A stretch of 64,000 nt of DNA, taken from Rhizobium sp. Q54. GTDB taxonomy: Bacteria > Bacteroidota > Bacteroidia > Sphingobacteriales > Sphingobacteriaceae. A program made the translations under genes and the position numbers. This document shows, piece after piece, positions 1 to 9,749 of this stretch. The stretch lies in contig CALRIM020000001.1 of assembly GCA_943360385.1 (NCBI GenBank), positions 274 to 64,273 of the forward strand, given 5' to 3'. The notes under the pieces were generated by a model that had not been told where the DNA came from, ran no database searches, and saw nothing but the letters and a program-made list of their open reading frames with translations. Within the stretch, counting starts at the first letter, position 1, and each line of letters starts with the position of its first letter.

Positions 1-1753
1 CAGCATTACCACTTTCTAATTCCGACTTAATTAAAGATTGCTCACGAGGTGGGCGTTGGGTAATAATTTTATTTTGTACGTGTGTACTTATACCTGTTAA
101 TGCAGAAACAATAGTATTTGTATCGATGTCTCTTAATGCTGTTTCTAATTGCAAATCTGTTAGGTAAACAACATTTTTAAATCCTACAAATTGTTGTTTA
201 ATACTATTCGCTAAATCTAAATCCTGAGACGCAATGGTACTAATCAATTGATCTTGATCCTCATCTTGCATTTGATCCAATATATCCAAAATAGATTGTA
301 ATCCGTCAAACGCAACATTCTTCATTCCCTTCACATCTATTGCTTTCTTAGAGAAATAAGTTGCAACCTCTCGGTAAATTGATGATGATATAAAATCAAT
401 TTTACTCATCTTCATTAAGATGGATGATCGCCTATTAATTTCTATCATTCCTAATACATTCCTACTTCTCTTACTTTCTAATTGAGCCAAAAGTATCGCC
501 GATAAGTTATCGTCTTCTTCTTTTAACATATGAATAATTTGAGAATCGGTAATTTGATTTAAGAATTCAAATAAATCTTCGTTTCTATCTGGCTCCGCAT
601 TTAGCGACAATAATTCCTTACTAAAATCTCTTGCTTCTTGGTACTTATCGTTATGCGATTTTAATTGATGATTAGAAACCGCTTGATTTAAATCTGAATA
701 TACTTGTTCCGCCATAAACGGACGTAAAAAATTTAACAACTTTGGATTTACGGCACTTAATGCATTTGCTGCTTTTACCTTTCCCTCATCTGGGTTTGTA
801 AGTATCCAAGCTTCAAACATTCCTGCTACTTCTTTCGGATTACTAATAACACTAGTAATAACATGCTGACGATTGAACTCGTAATTTATAATATCCTCTG
901 TTTGGTAAGAATTCCCTCCATCGCCACCTCCTGCAGGATAGATAATATTCAAATCTTGTCCATTTCCACCTGGTATTAATTTCGGATCTTTTGGTTCGTT
1001 TTTAGAAGGGTCGTTCTCTTTGTTCTTACGATACAACAGATAGGTAACAAAAACAATAATGATAAAACATAAAATTAACAATACCACAAAAACATAAAGC
1101 AAGGTGTTATCAGCCTTTTCAGGTTTATCTGGAACTACCGCAGGTGTTTCTGCTTTTTCGGGTTCTCGTGCTGAAGTACTATAATTAGGTGGAGGTATCG
1201 CAGATGGTGTGCTTGCTTTATTTCCTAACGACTCCTGCCCTTTGGGGAATACCGATCTTTTTATTTTAACTACATCTCCCTTTGTTTCATCAATTGGAAT
1301 GATAGAACGAATTAACGAATTAACAAAATCTATATCCGAATTAGAATACGTTGTATCTACAATTACATTCACGTATAAATATTCTACTTCTTCTATACTG
1401 TAGGTATAATTCTTAGATGTATCTGCATTATCATTATCTTGATATCCCTTTGGCAATACAGGCATACCCGGTAATCGCTGTAGTATTTTTTTCTTTTTTT
1501 GTGAAGTAGGTTTAATAACTTCCACATTACCCTGTAGCATGTTTATGTCCACCAAAAATGTACTCGGTGAAAAGAATTTCGATAATTCCTGACGAATTAC
1601 GATCTCGAAATTATTTGCCTGATTTAATGGCTCTGCATTCTGACCCGCCTTTGGTTGGTATAAAAATGATTGTGCAGATGTAGTTATTCCAATCGCAAAA
1701 ATCAAAAAAGCATTAAAAAGGACTTTAATAAGTATCTTTTTTCCTTCACTCAT
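1..1753 (-). CDS. Partial CDS (3' end beyond left edge): membrane protein with extracytoplasmic N-domain, TM helix and FliG/MgtE-N-like helical cytoplasmic domain
   Basis: Absent from the ORF track because no stop lies in the window. Hand translation from ATG 1753..1751 stays open to base 2. It starts MSEGKKILIKVLFNAFLIFAIGITTSAQS, has a second TM LLYVFVVLLILCFIIIVFVTYLLY followed by RKNK, then helical segments LSAILLAQLESKRSRNVLGMIE and ALRDIDTNTIVSALTGISTHVQNKIITQRPPREQSLIKSELESGNA that resemble FliG_M/FliG_C. Confidence 0.7.
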   Translation of the reverse strand, partial: MSEGKKILIKVLFNAFLIFAIGITTSAQSFLYQPKAGQNAEPLNQANNFEIVIRQELSKFFSPSTFLVDINMLQGNVEVIKPTSQKKKKILQRLPGMPVLPKGYQDNDNADTSKNYTYSIEEVEYLYVNVIVDTTYSNSDIDFVNSLIRSIIPIDETKGDVVKIKRSVFPKGQESLGNKASTPSAIPPPNYSTSAREPEKAETPAVVPDKPEKADNTLLYVFVVLLILCFIIIVFVTYLLYRKNKENDPSKNEPKDPKLIPGGNGQDLNIIYPAGGGDGGNSYQTEDIINYEFNRQHVITSVISNPKEVAGMFEAWILTNPDEGKVKAANALSAVNPKLLNFLRPFMAEQVYSDLNQAVSNHQLKSHNDKYQEARDFSKELLSLNAEPDRNEDLFEFLNQITDSQIIHMLKEEDDNLSAILLAQLESKRSRNVLGMIEINRRSSILMKMSKIDFISSSIYREVATYFSKKAIDVKGMKNVAFDGLQSILDILDQMQDEDQDQLISTIASQDLDLANSIKQQFVGFKNVVYLTDLQLETALRDIDTNTIVSALTGISTHVQNKIITQRPPREQSLIKSELESGNA

Positions 1754-1909
1754 AAGTGCACTGAATAGGGGTATGAAATAAAAATTAGATGTTTTTAACA
1801 GTAGTTGTTCTTAAAAATATGTATTATTTAACTAAAAACAAATATTTAAGTCAAAAGCCTTGTTTACAGTTGGTTAAAATGATGATTTGCCTCAAAATAA
1901 TGGAATATA

Positions 1910-2308
1910 TTATTCTTCCCAACTAGTTTGAATATCATCAATTTCTCTTCTTTCTTTTTTCGTCGGTCTACCTGTACCTCTATCCCGTTTTAATACTGGT
2001 ACTGTAAACACCGAATGTAACTTTTGAGTATCTTCTACTGGACTTAAATCCTCAAAGTATTTTTGAACCGATGGTGCATCTAGTCTTCTTTCGAGCAATT
2101 CAACAACCTTAACAATTTTCTTCTGCTGGTCTTTCTGAATATGGTAAATATCACCCACCTTTACTACATAGGACGGTTTAATGCTCTGCCCTTCTAATTT
2201 AATTCTACCGGCCTTACAAGCATCGGTTGCAACACTTCTTGTTTTAAAAATCCTAATTGCCCAAAGGAATTTATCTATCCTCAATTTGTCTTTATTCTCA
2301 TCCGCCAT
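1910..2308 (-). CDS. hslR: RNA-binding S4 domain protein (heat shock protein 15-like)
   Basis: 132 aa. The N-terminal LRIDKFLWAIRIFKTRSVATDACKAGRIKLEG is a typical S4 domain, followed by a basic C-tail. Confidence 0.75.
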   Translation of the reverse strand: MADENKDKLRIDKFLWAIRIFKTRSVATDACKAGRIKLEGQSIKPSYVVKVGDIYHIQKDQQKKIVKVVELLERRLDAPSVQKYFEDLSPVEDTQKLHSVFTVPVLKRDRGTGRPTKKERREIDDIQTSWEE

Positions 2309-2383
2309 AACACAAAAATTTACATTTGATGTTGATTATTTAATTTACTTTTGTAAAATCGTAAATCAAAAAAAACACCAATT

Positions 2384-3202
2384 ATGATTACTAAATATAA
2401 AGAATTAATTGAAAAAGCTTGGGAAGACAGAAATATGTTAACCTATCCAGATGTTATTCAGGCCATTGAAATTGTTATTGAAAAGCTCGACAAAGGTGAA
2501 TTACGTGTCGCGGAAAACGTGTTAAATAGATGGCATGTTAACGAATGGATCAAGAAAGCAGTTATTCTTTATTTTCCAATTTCGATTATGCAGGAAACAA
2601 AAGTTGGCCCTTTTGTATTTCACGATAAAATGAAACTAAAAACCGATTATAAATCTGCTGGGGTACGAGTGGTGCCTCATGGAGTTGCAAGGTATGGTGC
2701 ATTTTTAGCGAAAGGGGTTATAATGATGCCTTCTTATGTGAATATTGGAGCTTATGTTGATGAAAATACGATGGTTGATACATGGGCAACAGTTGGTTCT
2801 TGTGCTCAAATCGGCAAAAATGTTCATCTTAGTGGTGGAGTTGGAATTGGTGGTGTTTTAGAACCTGTTCAAGCCTCTCCTGTTATTATAGAAGATGGCT
2901 GTTTTATTGGGTCGCGTTGTATTGTTGTAGAAGGAGTTCGGGTTGAAAAAGAAGCAGTACTAGGTGCCAATGTAGTGCTTACTGGTTCAACTAAAATTAT
3001 AGATGTTACTGGCGATGAACCAGTAGAATATAAAGGAATTGTACCTTCACGCTCTGTAGTAATTCCTGGCTCTTACACTAAAAAATATCCAGCAGGAGAA
3101 TATCAAGTTCCTTGCGCTTTAATTATTGGTAAAAGAAAAGAATCAACAGACCTTAAAACCTCTTTGAACGATACCTTGAGGGAGTATAATGTTGCAGTTT
3201 AA
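2384..3202 (+). CDS. dapD: 2,3,4,5-tetrahydropyridine-2,6-dicarboxylate N-succinyltransferase
   Basis: 272 aa with hexapeptide-repeat left-handed beta-helix motifs (GAYVDENTMVDTWATVGSCAQIGKNVHLSGGVGIGG). Length and N-domain are typical of DapD. Confidence 0.85.
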   Translation: MITKYKELIEKAWEDRNMLTYPDVIQAIEIVIEKLDKGELRVAENVLNRWHVNEWIKKAVILYFPISIMQETKVGPFVFHDKMKLKTDYKSAGVRVVPHGVARYGAFLAKGVIMMPSYVNIGAYVDENTMVDTWATVGSCAQIGKNVHLSGGVGIGGVLEPVQASPVIIEDGCFIGSRCIVVEGVRVEKEAVLGANVVLTGSTKIIDVTGDEPVEYKGIVPSRSVVIPGSYTKKYPAGEYQVPCALIIGKRKESTDLKTSLNDTLREYNVAV

Positions 3203-3210
3203 ATTAGTTG

Positions 3211-3290
3211 TGGATTTTGAGTTGTGAATTGTGAATTACTTTTTATCACACAATTCATAACTCACAATTCATAACTCACAATTCATAACT
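3211..3290. repeat. Short-period repeat array AATTCAyA with an inverted arm (hairpin ~3219-3263), between the dapD stop and the glycosyltransferase start
   Basis: gagttgtgaattgtg (3219-3233) pairs with cacaattcataactc (3249-3263) at 14 Watson-Crick pairs plus one G:T wobble. It is followed by acaattcataactc tandem copies up to the ATG. Confidence 0.8.
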
Positions 3291-4424
3291 ATGAAAATCG
3301 GTTTCGATGCCAAACGTGCTTTTACAAACTATACAGGTTTAGGGAATTATAGCCGAACCACAGTAAAGATTTTGGCAGACGATTTTCCAGAACATTCTTA
3401 CTATTTATACAATCCAAGAGTACCAGACGAAAGTCAAATTTCGTTTTTAGATTTACCCAAACACGCTGAAGTGCACATTAGAATTCCTAGAAGTTTTTTC
3501 TATGAATTACTGCCTTCTTTATGGCGAAGAATTGGCATTACCAAAGACCTCGTTAGAGATAAAATTGATTTGTATCATGGGTTAAGTCATGAATTACCTG
3601 TAGGAATTGAAAAAACAGGTATCCCAACTGTAGTAACTATCCACGACTTAATCTTTAAAAGATTTCCTGAATATTATAAAACAACTGATCGTAAAATTTA
3701 CGAACGTAAATTTAGGGAAGCCTGCAATGTAGCAGATTTAATTATCGCCATCTCTGAACAAACGAAAAAAGACATCATCCAATTTTTCAATATTGATGAA
3801 AAAAAAATCCGCGTAGTGTATCAATCTTGTTCGAGCATTTTTCACAACGAAATAAATCAAATGATGTTGATGAAAGTTCGAGTAAAATATCACCTACCAG
3901 ATAAATTTTTATTAACAGTTGGCTCTATTGAAACTAGAAAAAATGCCTTGCTAATTGTAAAAGCATTAAAAAACACTAAAGAGTCTATTCCATTAGTAAT
4001 TATTGGTAAGTACACTCCTTATGTAGATGAAATTAAAAGATACCTAGTAAAAAACAATCTTGAACATCGAGTAATTTTTCATCATAAAATATCGTTCGAA
4101 GAACTACCAATTATCTATCATTTATCTTCTATTTTTATTTACCCATCGAGATTCGAAGGGTTTGGAATTCCAATTATAGAAGCATTACAATGTGGAGTTC
4201 CGGTTATAGCTGCTACGGGGTCTTGCTTAGAGGAAGCAGGTGGACCACATTCTATTTATGTAGACCCAGATGATGCAGATGGAATGACTAATGCTATCAA
4301 TAAATTACTATCAGAAAACAACAACGAGCGAATAGCAAAAGGGATTTCATATGCTACGAAATTCAATCACAAAAAAATTGCCGCAGATATTATGAATGTC
4401 TATAGAGAATTAATTAACCATTAA
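3291..4424 (+). CDS. Glycosyltransferase, GT-B fold (family 4/1-like)
   Basis: 377 aa with the C-terminal motif PSRFEGFGIPIIEALQCGVPVIA, typical of GT4/GT1 retaining glycosyltransferases. Confidence 0.8.
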   Translation: MKIGFDAKRAFTNYTGLGNYSRTTVKILADDFPEHSYYLYNPRVPDESQISFLDLPKHAEVHIRIPRSFFYELLPSLWRRIGITKDLVRDKIDLYHGLSHELPVGIEKTGIPTVVTIHDLIFKRFPEYYKTTDRKIYERKFREACNVADLIIAISEQTKKDIIQFFNIDEKKIRVVYQSCSSIFHNEINQMMLMKVRVKYHLPDKFLLTVGSIETRKNALLIVKALKNTKESIPLVIIGKYTPYVDEIKRYLVKNNLEHRVIFHHKISFEELPIIYHLSSIFIYPSRFEGFGIPIIEALQCGVPVIAATGSCLEEAGGPHSIYVDPDDADGMTNAINKLLSENNNERIAKGISYATKFNHKKIAADIMNVYRELINH

Positions 4425-4425
4425 T

Positions 4426-4917
4426 ATGCAAGCTTTCGATATATTAAAAGATAAACACTTTGTGGGCATCGACGTAGAGAATAGAAGCTATGTATTAATA
4501 GATGCGAATAACGAGCAAGCACTCGCAACATTCGAAAAATATAGATCTACATTTGAGTTGGTGCTCGATTCTTCTAATAGACTTGAAAGTTATGTAAAAG
4601 AATTAAACCCACTTGCATATGACATTGTTGAATTCTCTGAAAAACCAATAGTGTTAGTTACTTCTGGCGCGAAAAATATTTCTTCAATTGCAATGCAAGC
4701 TAACGGAAGCATTCTAATTAGAATTGTTAGAGAAGGATCTATGCAACAACTTATTCGGAAGTATAAAACGCCATTAGTTTTGTGCTTAATATCAGATGAG
4801 GATAGATTAAATATATCTTCAGAAGAAATTATTACTACAGAAATGCAAGATGCATTTATGGATGCAGGAATAATACGTTTAGAAGCAAATGGAAGAGTAG
4901 AAGTATTGAAAAAATAA
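4426..4917 (+). CDS. Small YrdC/Sua5-like fold protein (degenerate), function unknown
   Basis: 163 aa. By-eye alignment to YrdC: KYR (KxR-like), EKPIVLVTSG vs PGPVTFVFP, SILIRIVREGSMQQLIRKYKTPLVLCLIS vs SLAVRVTDHPL..GKPLVSTSAN. The SxN motif is not conserved. Confidence 0.4.
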   Translation: MQAFDILKDKHFVGIDVENRSYVLIDANNEQALATFEKYRSTFELVLDSSNRLESYVKELNPLAYDIVEFSEKPIVLVTSGAKNISSIAMQANGSILIRIVREGSMQQLIRKYKTPLVLCLISDEDRLNISSEEIITTEMQDAFMDAGIIRLEANGRVEVLKK

Positions 4918-6150
4918 TTAAGTAAGCTTTTTCTTTTCGTATTTATTGATCAATAAATAATACCAAAAAACACCAAATGCATATAGAGCAGCTGTTATTA
5001 AAAACACATTTGCATACATCATGCCTGAATTTCTTAGCACCCTAAAAATGATAGCACTAAAAAACCAACTGCCCGACCAAATAGAAGCCGTTAGTGCAGA
5101 AATTATTTCCTGATTTTTGGGACCAACATAATTCATTACTAGCTCCGAAGCTGCTGGAGCAGCCATATTCATTAAAGGTTGGCGAAGTAAAAAGAAAAAT
5201 ACCGCTGCAAAGTAAGCCCAGCCTTCTGCATGGTAAAACTCGGTACATGCTAATAAGGCAAGTGATATTACCGCAATTGTTTGAGTTCTTGTAATTGCCA
5301 CTTTATAACCATATCTGTTTTTTATATGTGGCACTAATAATGCAGCAAAAGCAACTGTTACAGAAGAGAAAGCATTTACAATAGAGAATTTCTCGGCACT
5401 CATTTCAAATACCTTATAGAAAAATAAATTAATAAATGGAATGGTTAACCCCGCTCCTATAGCAAGTATCAAAGAAGGTGTCATAGCCATGGCTATTACC
5501 TTCCAATCAAAACCCGACAAATCTTTTCTGCTCCCTTCTACTTTGGGTAAAACTTCTTTCTTAGCCATTTTCCAAACAAAGAAAATACTCAATGCTGATA
5601 AAAAAGAAATGAGCAATAACGATTGATACTCATGAAACAACGTTGGAAAAAAATAATTCAATAAAAATATCAACGTACCAGATGCAATCATGGCAAAACT
5701 ATAGGTAGAATAACTCAATGAAATGGCAGCACTTTGATTTTCTGCGGATGTATTTCTTAAAATAAAGGGCAAGGCGAGCACTTGCATAAATGCATAACAA
5801 ACACCCCAAAACGCCAATGATATATGGACTAGCAGAGGCTGTTGATATTCTACGGAAAACAAAATACCAAAACTAAACAATGAAACTCCGACAGAGGCTA
5901 TGAAAAAAAATGGGATTATTTTTCGCCCTTTGATATACAATCCTAAGGGGAAAGCAAGCAACATTACACTTAAAAAACGCCAGGAAATAAAATCGGCAAT
6001 TTCTGGATCGGTGTATCCTTTTTTGGCAAGGTAAATATTCAACACCATCATCATAGATGCATTTACCATTTGAATAAAGAATTCAGCAGCAATCATAAAT
6101 ACTACTTGTTGCTCAATTTTCTTATATGGGCGTAAAATCTTACGAAGCAT
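4918..6150 (-). CDS. MFS-type transporter (about 12 hydrophobic helices)
   Basis: 410 aa, uniformly hydrophobic with about 12 helix-length segments. Overlaps the miaA 3' end by 11 nt. Confidence 0.7.
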   Translation of the reverse strand: MLRKILRPYKKIEQQVVFMIAAEFFIQMVNASMMMVLNIYLAKKGYTDPEIADFISWRFLSVMLLAFPLGLYIKGRKIIPFFFIASVGVSLFSFGILFSVEYQQPLLVHISLAFWGVCYAFMQVLALPFILRNTSAENQSAAISLSYSTYSFAMIASGTLIFLLNYFFPTLFHEYQSLLLISFLSALSIFFVWKMAKKEVLPKVEGSRKDLSGFDWKVIAMAMTPSLILAIGAGLTIPFINLFFYKVFEMSAEKFSIVNAFSSVTVAFAALLVPHIKNRYGYKVAITRTQTIAVISLALLACTEFYHAEGWAYFAAVFFFLLRQPLMNMAAPAASELVMNYVGPKNQEIISALTASIWSGSWFFSAIIFRVLRNSGMMYANVFLITAALYAFGVFWYYLLINKYEKKKLT

Positions 6151-7036
6151 CAGCTATTTTTCCGTTGATATATTTTTTTATTGCATCCAACTCATTTATG
6201 GTAAACCAAGTTATTTCTTCATCTCTGCGAAACCAAGTTAATTGTCGTTTAGCATATCTTCTGGAGTTTCTTTTAATCAAATCAATGGCCTCTTCTCTAC
6301 TTATCTTCCCATCAAAATAATCAAAAAACTCAGAGTAGCCAACAGTTTGAAGAGTATACTCATTTTTATAAGGATAAAAACTCTTTGCCTCTTGCTCTAA
6401 CCCTCTAGCTACCATATCGTCTACCCTATCGTTTATTCGATTATATAGAATTTCTCGCTCGCTAGTTAGTCCTAGTTTAATAATTTTAAAATCTCTATCC
6501 TTTTTCTTACCCGTGCGAAGACTTGAATATGGTTTACCAGTAAGTGTAATAACTTCTAAGGCACGCATTAATCGCTGAGGATTTTGCTGATCAACCTCCT
6601 CAAAATAGTCGGGGTCTAGTGTTTTTAATTTTTCTTGAAGTTCCGCTAAATTTAATTTCGATAATTCACCCCTAAGTTCATCGTCGCGCAAATCTACTGG
6701 GTCTAGTCCATCACACAATGCTTGTACATACAAACCAGAACCACCGACAACTATTACTTGATGATGCTTTGCAAATAAATCTGGTAGTAGTGCTAAGGCT
6801 AATCGTTCATAGGTACCTGCATCTACCAGTTCCTTGTACGAATGAGAATTTATTAGGTGATGCTTTACTTCGCTTAATTCGTTAGCATTTGGTTTGGCAG
6901 TGCCAATTTCTAATTCCTTATAAAACTGACGAGAATCTGCAGAAATAATTTCTGTTTTATAGTACTTCGCAAGCTCTATAGCAAGGGCTGTTTTCCCTAC
7001 TGCTGTAGGACCAACTATTAAGATAAGATTCTTCAT
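6140..7036 (-). CDS. miaA: tRNA dimethylallyltransferase
   Basis: 298 aa with P-loop GPTAVGKTALAIELAK, then ADSRQFYKELEIGTAKP and QRLMRALEV motifs. Confidence 0.9.
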   Translation of the reverse strand: MKNLILIVGPTAVGKTALAIELAKYYKTEIISADSRQFYKELEIGTAKPNANELSEVKHHLINSHSYKELVDAGTYERLALALLPDLFAKHHQVIVVGGSGLYVQALCDGLDPVDLRDDELRGELSKLNLAELQEKLKTLDPDYFEEVDQQNPQRLMRALEVITLTGKPYSSLRTGKKKDRDFKIIKLGLTSEREILYNRINDRVDDMVARGLEQEAKSFYPYKNEYTLQTVGYSEFFDYFDGKISREEAIDLIKRNSRRYAKRQLTWFRRDEEITWFTINELDAIKKYINGKIADAS

Positions 7037-7043
7037 ATAACTT

Positions 7044-7127
7044 TTTGGTAGTTGGTGGTTGGTAATTTGTATTGGGTAGTTGGATTTTATTACTAGCTAC
7101 CAATTACCAGCTACCAGATACCAGTTA
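7044..7127. repeat. Inverted arrays of GGTAGTTG-like / CTACCAG-like short repeats between miaA and the downstream gene stop
   Basis: tggtagttggtggttggtaatttgtattgggtagttgg faces ctagctaccaattaccagctaccagataccagttac. The arms are imperfect and end at stop codon 7128-7130. Confidence 0.7.
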
Positions 7128-7715
7128 CTATATCTCCTCTTCAAATTCCCCTGCTCCAAATTCATCTTTCTCTCCTTCTTCCTCTTCTTCACCTGCATCA
7201 TCGAAGCCCATATCCTCACGGTCTTCGTCATCTTCTGCATATTCCATTACATTTAAGAAATCTAAATCATCGCTTTCATCAGCAGCAGTAATTAACGGAG
7301 CATTACCAAATTGTTTTGGTGCTTCTCCATTCACTCGTACGCAAATTGGATAATTTACTTTTGCATCTTCATTTATTACAATTTTTATTAACTCCACATG
7401 GAATGTCCATGGTTTCTCGAAATTAAAAATGTAATATATTTTTTGATGGGGATCTACAATAAAATTTTTCAATTGAGCTTTTTCCATCAAGCTCACATTC
7501 TCCGTTTTTAAATCTTTTTCTAAATGAGTTATTTCCTTGCCTTTGTGCCAATAATCATTACTCATATAAAAAGACGCCGAAGCATTACCGTCGAATGCAA
7601 TGGATTGATGTAATGCTTTATGAAAATCTGCGAAAGTTTGGTTCGATTTAATTTCAATATCTCTACTGATATCATCATAATCCTCGAAACTCACTCTAAA
7701 TTTATATACAGCCAT
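7128..7715 (-). CDS. pRiA4b ORF-3-like family protein with poly-acidic C-terminal tail
   Basis: 195 aa. The N-terminal YKFRVSFEDYDDISRDIEIKSNQTFADFHKALHQSIAFDG...WTFHVELIKI pattern is recalled from PF07929-type proteins. The tail is DDEDREDMGFDDAGEEEEEGEKDEFGAGEFEEEI. Confidence 0.5.
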   Translation of the reverse strand: MAVYKFRVSFEDYDDISRDIEIKSNQTFADFHKALHQSIAFDGNASASFYMSNDYWHKGKEITHLEKDLKTENVSLMEKAQLKNFIVDPHQKIYYIFNFEKPWTFHVELIKIVINEDAKVNYPICVRVNGEAPKQFGNAPLITAADESDDLDFLNVMEYAEDDEDREDMGFDDAGEEEEEGEKDEFGAGEFEEEI

Positions 7716-7764
7716 AGTAATATTAATCTTTATACAAAATAAAGAATTCTAATTATTTATTTAA

Positions 7765-9174
7765 TTATTTTTTTCGTTTTAAGCCCAATTCTTCTCCTTG
7801 TTTAAACATAAAGTCCAATGCTACAAGCCTTTCATTAGGAATAATCCCTTCTAAAATAGCCTCTCTAATCGCATTTTTTATGATTCCAACCTCTCTACCT
7901 GCCGCTAACCCAAAATACTCCATAATATCATTTCCATCCACAGGTGGTTGCCAATTTCTCAATTTATCCTTCTCTTCTACATCAATCAATTTCTGCTTTA
8001 CTAGCTCAAAATTGTTTTTATACTTCTTTACCTTGTACTCGTTTTTTGTTGTAATATCTGCATTGCACAAGAGCATTAAATCATCTATTTCCTCCCCTGC
8101 TTCAAATAGCAATCTTCGTACCGCAGAATCTGTAACAATACTTTGGGCCAACACAATAGGACGAAGATGAAGTTGCACTAATTTTTGCACCAATTTCATT
8201 TTTTCGTTCTGTGGCAATCGAAGATCCCTGAAAATTTTAGGAACCATTCTAGCTCCTTTATCCTCATGCCCGTGGAAGGTCCAGCCAATGCCTTCTTCAA
8301 ATCTTTTTGTAGCAGGCTTAGCAATATCGTGCAATATAGCTGCCCAACGTAACCACAAATCATTAGTGGTTTCGCAAATATTGTCGAGTACCTGTAGGGT
8401 ATGATAAAAATTATCTTTATGTGATTTTCCTTTAACGGTTTCCACCCCATGTAATTGGGCCATCAATGGAAATATCAATTTTAATAAACCCGAATCAAAT
8501 AATAAATTAAACCCTAAGGAAGGTTTTTCAGATAAAATAATTTTATTTAATTCATCTGTTATCCGTTCCTTAGACACAATCTCTATTCGATGTGCATTCT
8601 TACGGATAGCTTCAAAGGATTCTTCATCAATGTTAAATTTCAATTGAGCGGCAAATCGAATTGCACGCATCATTCTCAATGGATCATCAGAATACGTAAT
8701 GTCTGGATTTAAAGGAGTACGAATTTTCTTCAACTTTAAATCCCCTTGTCCATCAAACGGGTCTATTAAATGCCCATAATCCAATGGATTAAGGCTTATT
8801 GCCATTGCATTAATAGTAAAATCCCTTCTATTCTGGTCGTCTTGTAAACTTCCATCCTCTACAATTGGCTTCCTAGAATCGCTGCGATAAGACTCCTTTC
8901 TAGCACCTACAAATTCAATATCCCAGTCCTGAAAAACAAGTTGTGCCGTGCCAAAGTTCTTGAAAACATTCACTTTGGTGCCTTTTCCAATTTTCTTTGC
9001 CACTAATTCAGCAAATTCTATTCCATTTCCCAAAATCAAAAAATCCACATCTTTTGAGCCCCTATTTAGTAACAAATCGCGCACAAAACCACCTATCACA
9101 AATGCAGGTATTTTATGCTCCTTTGCTACCTCAGAAACGATATTAAATATTGGATTTTTAAGAAAATGCTTCAT
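7765..9174 (-). CDS. cca: CCA-adding tRNA nucleotidyltransferase with HD domain
   Basis: Class II nucleotidyltransferase head motif [28 protein letters not shown], and an HD region ([10 protein letters not shown]). The track start 9192 is TTG; the ATG at 9174 (MKHFLKNP) is preferred. Confidence 0.75.
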   Translation of the reverse strand: MKHFLKNPIFNIVSEVAKEHKIPAFVIGGFVRDLLLNRGSKDVDFLILGNGIEFAELVAKKIGKGTKVNVFKNFGTAQLVFQDWDIEFVGARKESYRSDSRKPIVEDGSLQDDQNRRDFTINAMAISLNPLDYGHLIDPFDGQGDLKLKKIRTPLNPDITYSDDPLRMMRAIRFAAQLKFNIDEESFEAIRKNAHRIEIVSKERITDELNKIILSEKPSLGFNLLFDSGLLKLIFPLMAQLHGVETVKGKSHKDNFYHTLQVLDNICETTNDLWLRWAAILHDIAKPATKRFEEGIGWTFHGHEDKGARMVPKIFRDLRLPQNEKMKLVQKLVQLHLRPIVLAQSIVTDSAVRRLLFEAGEEIDDLMLLCNADITTKNEYKVKKYKNNFELVKQKLIDVEEKDKLRNWQPPVDGNDIMEYFGLAAGREVGIIKNAIREAILEGIIPNERLVALDFMFKQGEELGLKRKK

Positions 9175-9194
9175 TGGGCACGAAGATAACAAAT

Positions 9195-9233
9195 TTCGGA
9201 AGTTCAGAAGTTCAGAATTTCGGAATTTAGAAG
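9195..9233. repeat. 8-nt period tandem repeat TTCrGAAk x5
   Basis: ttcggaag ttcagaag ttcagaat ttcggaat ttagaag, between divergent cca and the small ORF. Confidence 0.8.
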
Positions 9234-9245
9234 TATATTTGTATA

Positions 9246-9635
9246 GTGAAGAAAATCCTCACCTATATCGCCATTAGTTTCTACCTTTTAGGAACTACAG
9301 AAGCTTCTGAGTTATTGAAGTTAGGGAATTTTATTCAGCATTATATTGAGCATAAAAATACCGAAAACCTAAGTTTTTTAGAGTTTATTAATGTTCATTA
9401 TGTAAAGGCTACCGTAATAGACGACGACTATTCTGAAGATCAAAAATTACCATTTAAATCGCACAACGATTGCAAACTTCAAATTACACAAATTGATAAA
9501 TTACATATAGTAGAGTTTTACATAGAGACTCCTTATATCGAAACAAATAATCAGCTTACACATTATCGTTCTCCACTTCTAGGAGACCAATTTTTGGAAG
9601 AAATTTTCCAACCACCTCGAATCCGTCATTCGTAG
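9246..9635 (+). CDS. Small secreted protein of unknown function, first gene of the RND efflux operon
   Basis: 129 aa with a GTG start and signal-like N-terminus [20 protein letters not shown]. His-rich patches (HYIEHK). Same strand and adjacent to the pump gene. Confidence 0.5.
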   Translation: MKKILTYIAISFYLLGTTEASELLKLGNFIQHYIEHKNTENLSFLEFINVHYVKATVIDDDYSEDQKLPFKSHNDCKLQITQIDKLHIVEFYIETPYIETNNQLTHYRSPLLGDQFLEEIFQPPRIRHS

Positions 9636-9749
9636 TACGTAATACGTCCATCGTAATACTTAATACGTCCATCGTAGTACGTAATACGTTGTACTTAATT
9701 CTTAATTCATAATTCACAATTCATAATTCACAATTCATAATTAACAATT
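9627..9749. repeat. Three 21-22-nt tandem units (CATCGTAGTACGTAATACGTC-like) followed by an AATTCAyA array
   Basis: Units at 9627-9648, 9649-9669 and 9670-9690; the first contains the stop codon of the upstream ORF. aattcataattcacaattcataattcacaattcataatt then runs to the pump ATG. Confidence 0.85.

Noticed and set aside
1209-1403. 64-aa plus-strand ORF from the track
   Set aside because: It lies antisense within the long open minus-strand frame 1..1753, which has a clear signal/TM/domain organisation.
7128-7715. pRiA4b ORF-3-like gene as an IS passenger or mobile element
   Set aside because: No transposase or terminal inverted repeats of an IS are present. The flanking repeats belong to the general spacer repeat class.
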